A stretch of DNA of 20,000 nucleotides, taken from contig NC_057719.1 in NCBI RefSeq assembly GCF_004010195.1, positions 5,451,005 to 5,471,004 on the forward strand. Reading direction: 5' to 3'. Both the position numbers and the translations under genes were made by a program. Position 1 is the stretch's first letter, and each line of letters opens with the position of its first letter. Under the pieces are notes generated by a model that saw only the letters and a list, made by a program, of their open reading frames with translations, did no database searches and was not told the DNA's origin. This document shows positions 1-8,769 of this stretch, piece after piece. The DNA comes from Chiloscyllium plagiosum (taxonomy: Eukaryota).

Positions 1-164
1 GGAAAACACTTATAAATTTTCCGTTCTTCTGCAAAGTTGTTTTCTTGTTTGATCAGCCAACTGTTTGACCCATATCGAAAACCACTACCACATTTCCATA
101 TCTCTTATCTAGGCTACTGAGAACCATCCAAACATATGGTTTGTGTCTGTTCAATATGGCAGGT

Positions 165-359
165 GGGGGGCAGTTTAGTTGGCTGGACAGCTGGTTTTGT
201 GATGCACAGTAACACCAACAACATGGGTTCAATCCCTCTGCCCCACCATCTCAACCGCACCCCTCACCTGAAGCAGTGTGATCCACATATTAAACTACTA
301 CCAGTCATCTCTTGCTAATGACAGAACAGCCCTATAGTCCTCTGGTGACTTTATCTTAC
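165..359 (+). mobile_element. Decayed tRNA-derived SINE
   Basis: tRNA-like head with a B-box GGTTCAATCCC (226-236) and a body ending in a gactttatcttac simple tail. Resembles recalled shark SINEs; family not verified. Confidence 0.6.
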
Positions 360-556
360 CTTCAATATGTATTGCACATTCTCCCTCCACATCCAAAAGT
401 AACCAAGTCTAGATGCAGGGCTTGTTTAGAGACTCACATGTATGTAAGGAGTGGACCTGGGGTTTAACTATTGAAATTTAGATAGCATACTTAAGTAGAT
501 TACTGCTTTCTATTCTGACCATCTAGCCAATGAGTTCTTTAGCCTTCAGGTGTTAT
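360..556 (-). other. Candidate internal exon of the minus-strand transcript (mostly non-coding)
   Basis: Minus-strand acceptor gtcttttttctttcattttgctccag|ATAAC and donor TTGAAG|gtaaga. All three frames have early stops; only a terminal ATG frame (MWRENVQYILK) stays open to the donor. Confidence 0.4.
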
Positions 557-569
557 CTGGAGCAAAATG

Positions 570-900
570 AAAGAAAAAAGACAAACCTGTAGTCCTGTAG
601 TGTCTTTCAAGATCTCAGGACATCACATAACCAACTAAGTACTTTGCAAACTCTTGTAATGGTGAAACGTAGCTATCAATTTGGTAAATAGCAATGAGCA
701 ATAACCTGTTTTAAAGTGGTGTTAGTTGAGGGATACAAATTTGTCAAGATATTAAAGAATATACTTGTGGTCAACAGGATAATATAAAGGGGTCATTTCC
801 ATTGTCCAGAGTGGGCAGACATAGCCTTGGTTTAACATTTAATCTTAAAGAAAGCACCACAAATAATACAGATTCTTCTCATTAATAAATTGGAGAATCA
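570..900 (-). mobile_element. DeuSINE (SacSINE1-like), 3' part, decayed; the 5' part continues at 1293-1383
   Basis: Plus-strand blocks gttgagggatacaaatttgtcaagat and gggcagacatagccttggtttaacat match the recalled antisense Deu domain. The A-rich stretch at 565-582 is the T-rich tail on the minus strand. Confidence 0.65.
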
Positions 901-902
901 AC

Positions 903-1292
903 TTGCTCAGCAACAGTGTGCACCATCTACAAGATACTTTGCAGAAATTTAACAAGGCTCTTTAGATAGTTCCTTCCAAACCGACAGTTACTTTCATCTG
1001 GAAGGACAGGAGCAGCAGATACATGTAAACATGTATCATGTACATGTAAACATGTACCTTCAAGTTCCCATTTAAGTCATACTTACTTGGAATTATATTG
1101 CTGTTTCTTCACTGTCACTGAGTCAAAATTTGGTTCTCTCTCCCTAGTGGCATTGTGGGTTCACCTACAATACACAGACAGCAGAGGTTCAAGAAGGCAG
1201 CTCACTATCACCTTCTCAAGGGCAAACTAGGAATGGGCAATAAATATTCACCCAGCCAGCGTTGCCCACATCTCATAAATGAATTTTAAAAA
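903..1292 (+). mobile_element. 3' end of a CR1/L2-group LINE inserted into the DeuSINE
   Basis: Degenerate ORF2 C-terminus (ATVCTIYK..., SGRTGAADT), then ggttcaagaaggcagctcac...gggcaataaat...aaatgaattttaaaaa 3' end. The SINE resumes immediately after. Confidence 0.7.
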
Positions 1293-1383
1293 CCCTAGAT
1301 TTTAAGCTCCATTTTCATGAATGGGACATTAAACTGACAATCATCTAACTCAAAGATGAAAGTGCACTGAAACATGTCTGACA
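1293..1383 (-). mobile_element. DeuSINE (SacSINE1-like) tRNA-head remnant
   Basis: cctagatttt...gaatgggacattaaactgacaatcatctaactcaaagatgaaagtgc continues the antisense SINE from position 900. Confidence 0.55.
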
Positions 1384-1472
1384 GCTTCTCTCCAGTGACT
1401 CTTTCACAATCCCACCTTCCATTTGTGATCCTGGTAATTTATCAACGCTGTCCTTGAGCTTAGCAAACTTAC

Positions 1473-1665
1473 TTGGTTTGGCTGTCAGATTATTGAGTCA
1501 TATTTACAAACATATCTCTGTAACACATTTAACCATCTGATGTGACTGTTGACAAGGAGGAAGTGTTTAAGGTTTTCAGTGATTTTTCGTTCATAACAGA
1601 AAACTCAATCTCACAATAAATCAAACACTTATTAGACTATGGAGTTGGTAACAGAAGCCATGAAT
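1473..1665 (-). other. Candidate non-coding (5' UTR or lncRNA) exon
   Basis: Minus-strand acceptor cattgttttgcag|ATTC and consensus donor CCAA|gtaagt around 193 bp of non-repetitive sequence. All frames are closed and several short uORFs are present. Confidence 0.5.
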
Positions 1666-1709
1666 CTGCAAAACAATGACATATACAATTTTGAATTGCA
1701 TTACAGAGC

Positions 1710-1870
1710 CTTGATTAGTGCCTCAACCAATAGGATATATTTCTGACAACGCAGCATCTGACAATGCATTGGAAAGTCAGATTAGACTTTTCTGCTCAAG
1801 ATTTTGGAATAGGATTTGAAACCAATAATTAATTTTAGACCAAGCAGGTAACCTCTAATTGGCCAGGGCT
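1710..1870 (-). mobile_element. DeuSINE-like fragment, highly decayed
   Basis: tctgacaacgcagca...gcattggaaagtcagattagacttttctgctcaagattttggaataggatttgaaacc resembles the antisense SacSINE1 head. Confidence 0.45.
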
Positions 1871-2170
1871 TAGCATTTGGAATGCAGCAAGGAACGGAAC
1901 ATAACAATTTCTGAATGAAAAAGATAATGTATGTCCAAGTTCTTTTGCTTAGATAGTACAGGGTCCTATTGTGAGAATTTGTAGCCTCTGACATGCAAAT
2001 AAAATACATTGTAAGTCGGACTGACAATCTTAAATTAGTTTCCAGTATAAATGAAAGCACAGTCTATTATTTAGTAAATGGTGTCCAAAATGAGAATCAC
2101 ATCTAGTGCTCAACAGTATATGTGTTTTCAACAGAAGACTATAGCACTTACACTCCTGTCCAGCATGACA

Positions 2171-3843
2171 TGTGCGGAGAAAGACATGGAAGATATAGAA
2201 TGTGGGGAAATAGATGGTAACATCTTGAAAAATGTCCATATTACAGAGGAGGAGATGTTATACGTCTTAAAACACATAAAAGTGAATAAATCCCCAGGAC
2301 TTGATCAGGTGTACCCTGGAACTCTGTGGGAAGCTAGGGAAGTGATTGATAGGCCCCTTGTCGAGATATTTGTATCAGCAACAGTCAAAGGTGAGGTGCC
2401 AGAAGACTGGAGATCGGATAGCGTGGTACCACTATTTAAGAAGTGTGGTAAGGAAAAGCCAGGAAACTAGACCAGTGAGCCTGACATCATTGGTGGGCAA
2501 TTTGTTGGAGGGAATCCTGAGTGACAGGATTTAAATACATTTGGAAAGGCAAGGACTGATTAGGGATAGTCAGCACAACTTTGCGCATGGGAAATCATGT
2601 CTCACAAACTTGACTGAGTTTTTTTGAAGAAGTAACAAAGAGGATTGATGAGGGCGGAGCAGTGGATGTGATAATATATGGATTTTGGTAACACGTTCAT
2701 AAGATTCCTCATGGTAGACTGGTTAGCAAGGTTAGATCTCATTGAATACAGGGCAAATTAGCCATTTGGAAATAAAACTGGCTTGAAGGTAAAAGACAGA
2801 GGCTGGTGGTGGAGGGTGGCTTTTCAGATTGGAGGACTGTGACCAGTGGTGTGCCACAAGGATTGGTGCTGGGTCCACTGCTTTTTGTCATTCATATAAA
2901 TGATTTAGGTGTGAGCATAGGAGGTATAGTGAGTAAGTTTGCAGATGAAACCAAAATTGGAGGTGTAGTGGACAGCGAAGAAGAAGGTTACCTCAAATAT
3001 ACAATGGGATTTTGATCAGATGGGCCAATGGGCTGTGGAGAGGCAGATGGAGTTCAATTTAGATAAATATTAGGTGCTGCATTTTGGAAAAGCAAATCAG
3101 AGTGGGTCTAATACATGTAATGGTAAAGTCCTGGGGAGTGTTGCTGAACAAAGAGACCTTGGAGTGTAGGTTCATAGTTCCTTGAAAGTGGAGTTGCAGG
3201 TAGATAGGATAGTGAAGACGGTCTTTGGTATACTTTCCTTTATTGGACATAGCATTGAATACAGAAGTTGGGAGGTCATGTAGCTGCTGTTAAGTCACAT
3301 ATGGAATACTGCATGCAAATCTGGTCTCCCTTCTATCGGAAAGATGTTGTGAAACTTGAAAGAGTTCAGAAAAAATTTACAAGGATTTTGCCAAGGTTGG
3401 AGGATTTCAGGTACAGGGAGAGGCTGAATAGGCTGTTTCTCTGGAATGTCAAAGGCTGAGTGGTGACCTGATAGAGGTTTATAAAATCATAAGGGGCATG
3501 GTTTGGGAAAATAGATAAGTTCTTTTCCCTGGTGTAGGGGAGTCCAGAAGTAGAGGGCATAGGTTTAGGGTGAGAGGGGAAAAAATTAAAAGGGACCTAA
3601 GGGGCAATTTTTTCATGCAGAGGGTGGTGCATGTATGGAATGAGCTGGCAGAGGAAGTGGTGGAGGCAGGGACAATTACAATATTTAAAAAGCATCTGGA
3701 TGGGTATATGAATAGGAAGGGTTTCGAAGGATATGGACCAAGTGCTGACAAATGGGATTAGATTGGGTTAGGATACCTGGTCAGCACGGACGAGTTGGAC
3801 TGAAGGGTCTGTTTCCGGGCTGTACATCTCTATGACTCTATGG
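2171..3843 (+). mobile_element. 5'-truncated CR1 (HER1-type) LINE: RT region and 3' end, inactivated
   Basis: Translated motifs [76 protein letters not shown] are spread over frameshifted ORFs. Ends in a ctctatgactctatg tail. Confidence 0.95.
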
Positions 3844-3984
3844 CATGTCGACAAAAAAGTTGCACATAAATTGTACCTAGAGGGCATGGAGACTGACCAC
3901 CTTCGTAGCAATTCTTATGGCAACATTGTGACCAATCCAGGTCTACCTGTCTTGTCTGAGGTTAATCACCTAAGATTCTCAGTT

Positions 3985-4193
3985 GAGAAGAAAGTGAGGT
4001 CTGCAGATGCTGGAGATCAGAGATGGAAATGCGTTGCTGGAAAAGCACAGCAGGTCAGGCAGCATCTAGGGAACAGGAGAATCGACGTTTCGGGCATTAG
4101 CCCTTCAGAAGGGCTAATGCCCAAAACGTCGATTCTCCTGTTCCCTAGATGCTGCCTGACCTGCTGCGCTTTTCCAGCAACGCATTTCCATCT
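3985..4193 (-). mobile_element. Penelope-like pLTR fold-back insertion (36-bp tail plus 173-bp palindrome) with TSD
   Basis: Arms 4021-4106 and 4108-4193 are reverse complements with 2 mismatches. The direct repeat ctaagattctcagtt flanks it at 3970-3984 and 4192-4206. Confidence 0.85.
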
Positions 4194-4569
4194 AAGATTC
4201 TCAGTTAACAGATCCACCTTTCTCCTCAGCTAAAAATTCCCCTTGTAAGCCAGTCTGATCCATTTCCCTCATTTCTGCCCCCAAAACTTTCTCTTCGCAT
4301 CCACAATAATGGTAGGGTCCCCCTCGTCCTCACTTTCCACTGCATCAGCATCTGAAGGATCATAAGCCATAATTTCTGCTATCTTCAGTGGGATGCCACC
4401 ATTGGACACATGTTCACCTCCCTTGCCAGCATTCCACAGAGACAGTTGTTTCCGGGACATCCTGGTCCTTACTTCCTCAACTCCCAATACCACCCCAAAC
4501 CACCTTCACGTGCAGATGCGAAATGTGAAACACTTCGCCATTTACTTCCTCCCTCCTCACCATCTGAGG

Positions 4570-5306
4570 TGAAGTGGGAGATGGCACAGGGCAGGGTGAC
4601 AATAGGCACACGGACACACAAGATGGCACTGAGCCATAAGTTGTCCACTTGACACACAAGACGACTGCCTGACCACAATATGGAGAGAGACAGCAGAGCA
4701 AACACAGATACTGCCTGGGCCACAAGGATGCCAGCACATTGCCCTCACAACCTAGTTGATTAGTTTAAGGTGGGCGGGGGGGAGAATACACATGAATAGC
4801 ATATATTGCCTGCTGAAGTGTCTGGGTCCAGCCAACACTTTTGATAGAAATGCTAACTGCTTGATACAGACTCAATGCAAAGCGCTAATAGCTGCAGTAA
4901 TCATCCTTCTCAGGAAGAGCGATTAGTACCCATTACCACAGTAATGGACTTCCGCGCACACATTGAAATTGACAATGTCTGCACTGAAATTTATAAGGAC
5001 CGCGCTGACATTAACAAAGGCTGTGTTGGAACTGACAATGACTGCACCAATACTATCAACGATTCTGCAGTGTTTACAATCAACAAACTATGTTACAAAG
5101 ACCATAACCTCATCACTGACCTATTATATTACAAAACGTGCAAAAGTATCTTGACATGTGCTCTGGGTGGAGAGAGGACTCGCAGCTGGCCACTGTGCTG
5201 TTAGTGTCTCTCTCTCTCTCCTCTGAACTCCAGTATTTCAATATACAATAAACCCTGTCTTTGAACCCAGACTCTGACTCAGAGGCTGGTGATTTTCCCC
5301 ACAACA
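4570..5306 (+). mobile_element. Solo LTR (737 bp)
   Basis: TG...CA termini with an imperfect inverted repeat (tgaagtggga / ccccacaaca), 4-bp TSD gagg (4566-4569 and 5307-5310) and AATAAA at 5247-5252. Removing it restores continuous Penelope sequence catctgaggctccagacac. Confidence 0.8.
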
Positions 5307-5880
5307 GAGGCTCCAGACACACACTCCAGATGAAGCAGCAATTTACCTGCACACCCATTCAATCTAGTCTACTATATTCATTGCTCACAATGTGGTCTCC
5401 TCGTCACTGGGGAAAGTAACCACAGGCTGGTGTCCACTTTGCAGAACACCTACATTCTGTCCGCAAAAATGATGCTGAGCTTCCAGTTAAACAGCAACTT
5501 TAACACACTGTGTTTCTTGGCCGACAGTTCTGTCCTACACCGGCTGCAGTGCTCCAGCAAAGCTTAGCAAAAGCTGGAAGAACAGCACCTTATTTTCCGT
5601 TTGGAGACCCTGCACCCTGTCAAACTCAATAATTATAGTTCCTGAACATCATTTTCCATGTGCTTTACCTAACCCCACATTCTAGGCACTATCATCACAT
5701 GGGCTGCTTTCAGCACAGCCAGCCTGACTCACTGACCTCATTAATAGCTTGTCTTTCTGCCTGGCTTACCATTATCCATCCATTCATTTGCCTAACTGTC
5801 TTTATCTTCCTCTGCACTTACTGCTTATTCATTTTTACCTCCCTCGTATTCAGCATATATACCTCTCCTAACCTACTACT

Positions 5881-5918
5881 AATTCTGAAGAAGAGTCATT
5901 AGACTTGAAAGGTTAGCT
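5881..5918 (+). ncRNA. Degenerate Penelope-type minimal hammerhead ribozyme motif
   Basis: CTGAAGA (5885-5891), A, stem II GAGTC-atta-GACTT, GAAA (5907-5910), then GGTT. The stem III palindrome and stem I are damaged. Confidence 0.55.
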
Positions 5919-6237
5919 TTTTTTCCCCCCACAGATACTGTTGGGTTTCTTCAGCAATTTCTGTCTTTATTAAGAGATTTTGCTGCATCTCCATACCAAC
6001 CAGGGTCCGATCCAACAGCATCCTCATTTCATGCTATATCAGTTAGTTGTGCCTTCTTTTAAAACTTGCTGTGTCCCAGTCTTGGTGAGTGCAAGATAAA
6101 CCTTCAACTTCACATTGCTTTAAAATAAAATGTGTGAGCTCTGTTCTATCAAATAATTGCTTGGTCACCGAGTCTCTACCATACAGAAAGGCAGTCATCC
6201 CGTCTGGACAGCAGCTTTTGCATTCCCCCCTTTTCTC

Positions 6238-6349
6238 ATAGAATCCCCAATGTGAAAAGAGGCCCTTTGGTCCAACAAGTCCATACCGACCCTCTGAAGA
6301 GTATCCCACCCAAACCCACTCCCCACTACCCTATTACTCTACATTTACA
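6238..6349 (-). mobile_element. 3' fragment of an HE1-like SINE (tail shared with the HER1/CR1 LINE)
   Basis: Minus strand reads gtaaatgtagagtaatagggtag...ctcttcagagggtcggtatggacttgttggaccaaagggcc...gggattctat; its end is similar to the CR1 tail at ~3790-3840. Confidence 0.7.
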
Positions 6350-6591
6350 CCGACCCCCCGGGTCCTCAAAAAAACTCGCCTGGAAGATAGCATTTTTGAC
6401 AGGGCTGCATTCCCCCTTTCTTCCTTGGACTCGAGTTGCCAACCTTTTTGGTATTTATCCCAACACTAACGTCCACTCTCCTTTCAGACGTCAGTTATGG
6501 AGGTGCTGGGAGGAGTAGGGAAGATTTAGGAATCACTGTCGCACCCTCCCCCCTGTAAAATAGTGCCTTTTTAAATAGAGGATGGTCGCAC

Positions 6592-6720
6592 CTCCGAATT
6601 CTGCGCCTTCGTCAAAAGAGCGGCGGACAACACTGAGGTAACCTTCACGCGCTCATGCAGCGCGAAAGAGGACAGCTCCGTACTAACCAACCTACCAACC
6701 GACCAACCGAACCTGATGGC
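6592..6720 (-). other. Candidate first (non-coding) exon of the minus-strand transcript
   Basis: GC-rich sequence just downstream (on -) of the ETS/GC-box cluster, with donor GGAG|gtgcga. Contains a mini-uORF ATG AGC GCG TGA. The TSS is not determinable and alternative donors (~6640, ~6693) exist. Confidence 0.4.
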
Positions 6721-7138
6721 CGGAACTGACGCCCCTTCCCGCCTGCCGGAGGCGGGGTCAGAGTGATCGACATCGCCAAAGAACAAATGGTGGCGCAGAA
6801 ATAGGAAGACACACCCACGTAGGGTTTGACAGCCAGCCAATGAGGGGCCCGTGTGGGCAGGGTATATCTCCATCTGTCATGTTTGGTTGAGGAATAAGTG
6901 TTGGGGGGTGGGAGGAGTGGGAGAGAGTAGTAGTAACAGTCAGTGGGAGGGGAGATTGCTGTCTTGTGTGGAGATTATTTAAAAAAAACAGAAAATCTCT
7001 CTCCATGTATGTTAACAACATTTAAAGAGGACACCGTGGGGGTGGGTGGGGGGGGAATAGCTTCGTATTTAACAACTAGTTTTTAAAAAAAAAATAATAA
7101 AAGGTGCTAGGAGTTTGTGGGAGATTTTTGTTTGAAAT

Positions 7139-7196
7139 ATGGAAGAAGGGTCCAGTGAAGGTGACATGTTTACAGTTGAGCACGAGCTGAAGAACG
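7139..7196 (+). CDS. Putative first coding exon of an unidentified gene: MEEGSSEGDMFTVEHELKN + 1 nt (phase 1)
   Basis: ATG at 7139 in strong Kozak context (A at -3, G at +4), 19 open codons, and a strong donor ACG|gtaaga inside the CpG island. No in-frame exon 2 was found in the window. Confidence 0.65.
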
Positions 7197-7450
7197 GTAA
7201 GAGCGCGAGCCCGAACCCGGGTGCGAGTACTCGTAGCCGGGCTGGGGGTGGGGGGAGAAGCGCGATCCCGTGGTCGTGAAGAAGATGGGGGTGGGAGGAT
7301 CGGTTTGGGGATTTGGAGATGTGGGGGGCGGAGGTGAAAGCGCGATCCCGCTGCCCTGAAAGGGGTGTAAGGCCAATAGGGGGAGCGCGATCGAGTTGGG
7401 AGCGCGGGGCCCCTTCGGTCGTCGCCACTCTTGTGTATTCCTCCCACCTT

Positions 7451-7467
7451 CCCCCCCCCCCCCCCCC
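7451..7467. repeat. (C)17 homopolymer
   Basis: Directly visible. Confidence 0.95.
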
Positions 7468-8769
7468 ATCAACCCCATTCATGTTTCGAGCGCGATCCCG
7501 GCAGCGTCAGCCTGATCTGGATGCGCGCTCCCTGGTCTGCCTCTGCATTTCCCCCCGCCCCCCATAACAGGATTGAAATCCAGAGCATTGCACCCCCGTG
7601 CATCATAGGATTGGCGGTTTAGAAAATAATATTAATGGTGGCAAGTGCAACTGTGGTGACCCAGTGCATTCAATATTCCACACATCCCTTCTGCAGTGGA
7701 CACAGAAGTTTGCCAATGCAAACATAATTTGCATCGTTTGAAATGAATGCGGTCTGGGACGCTTGCTTGAAAATAAATTGAAATTTATTTGCTTTGCAAT
7801 TGATGGGTGAATGTTTCAATTTAGGTCGCCGTTTTAAGGCTGAAACTGTGACCTGTATTGAATGCCACTGCTGCACTTTGGACAATTGTATATGTTATTT
7901 TTGTCCGTTTAAAAATAATGTTTGCAACTGTGGGTTTGTTGTGAACCTTCAGTTGCAATTTGGTCTTCTCTGTCTCAGATGCTCAGTTGCATTAAAAGTC
8001 GTGGGAACTGTCCTGCGCAGGAGTATTCTGCTAATGCTTTTCTATTTGGGTAATCTTTCCGGGGGTGGAGAAGGAAAATACGCAGTTGTTCTTACTACTG
8101 GGATTAATAATTATGGATCTCAAAGGTATTTGCAAATTTTTACTGCACCCCCTGCGCTCCCCAGTTGGACTTCTTGTTGCTGTTGTGTGGAGTTATCAAC
8201 CGTGTTCGATTTACAGCCTGCTAATGCACGCTTTCTGGCAACTAACGAATATGTTTATTTTTGGTGATAGAATGTATGTTCATGCGATCTATCTATATAT
8301 GTTGCATGCCTAAGAATTATGTTAGATGTCCTTTATTAACTTTATTATGAAACGATATCACGTTTTTAAAAGAAAACTAGGTGAACAGATTTTTTTGTGG
8401 GAACAGATGAACTCAATACGCATCTGCAAGAGGACCGATATTTTATCATCAGCTATCTGAAAGGCCTTATATATTCCCGTTTGTCGCAGTTAAAACTGGT
8501 TTCTTTTTGGAAGAGAAAACCTATTGCATTTTAGCAAAGCTGTAAAATAAGTGGGAGGGTACGAGAGTTAGACTGAACAGTGATGGACACGATGTAGTAG
8601 AAGTTAACACCTCCAGTGATGCCATGCATTAGACCAGGCCCAGTTATCTCACACTTTTACATTATTATTATTTTTGTTGGCCAAAAATATACTCTTATAG
8701 TGTATTCCGATTTCTTTGAGTGTCACACTTCATTGTTATGTTTCGTAGGACTTTGCTATGAAAGCCTTT

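Larger units (their letters stand above)
4213..5971 (+). mobile_element. Decayed Penelope-like element (thumb/linker, GIY-YIG endonuclease, 3' pLTR), interrupted by an LTR at 4570-5306
   Basis: NNGRVPLVLTFH (~4305-4340); after the LTR, MKQQFTC/FNLVYYIHCSQCGLLVTGESNHRL/HFAEHLHSV, a degenerate GIY-YIG. Ends with a hammerhead-like motif and a cacagatactg...cagcaatttctg terminus. Confidence 0.85.
6540..7620. promoter_or_regulatory. CpG island, probable bidirectional promoter
   Basis: Sharp local CpG and GC enrichment against CpG-depleted flanks. ETS-like CCGGAA (6720-6725), TGACG (6727-6731), E2F-like TTCCCGCC (6736-6743), GC box GGCGGGG (6751-6757), CCAAT (6837-6841 and 7373-7377). Splice donors point outward on both strands. 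Confidence 0.8.

Noticed and set aside
1..105. Minus-strand open frame EIWKCGSGFRYGSNSWLIKQENNFAEERKIYKCF, vaguely C2H2 zinc-finger-like
   Set aside because: It lacks the second Cys and both His residues, has an upstream stop and no convincing acceptor, and is truncated by the window edge.
3832..4233. ORFs of 133 aa (+) and 66 aa (-) sharing nearly the same peptide
   Set aside because: A consequence of the palindrome reading the same on both strands; not a gene.
4875..5204. 109-aa ORF
   Set aside because: Lies entirely within the solo LTR, with no recognisable domain or splice context.
6043..6309. 88-aa minus-strand ORF near the promoter
   Set aside because: Starts inside a SINE fragment, with no recognisable homology or splice signals.
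7259..7500. Repeat-spacer pattern superficially like a CRISPR array
   Set aside because: Repeats are only 12 bp with irregular spacing, the context is a vertebrate genome, and there are no cas genes.
6571..7622. Several overlapping Pro/Gly/Arg-rich ORFs
   Set aside because: Expected by chance in a stop-poor GC-rich CpG island.
7794..8267. 157-aa Cys/Phe/Leu-rich ORF
   Set aside because: Composition reflects TG-rich intronic DNA; it has a non-ATG start and no domain.
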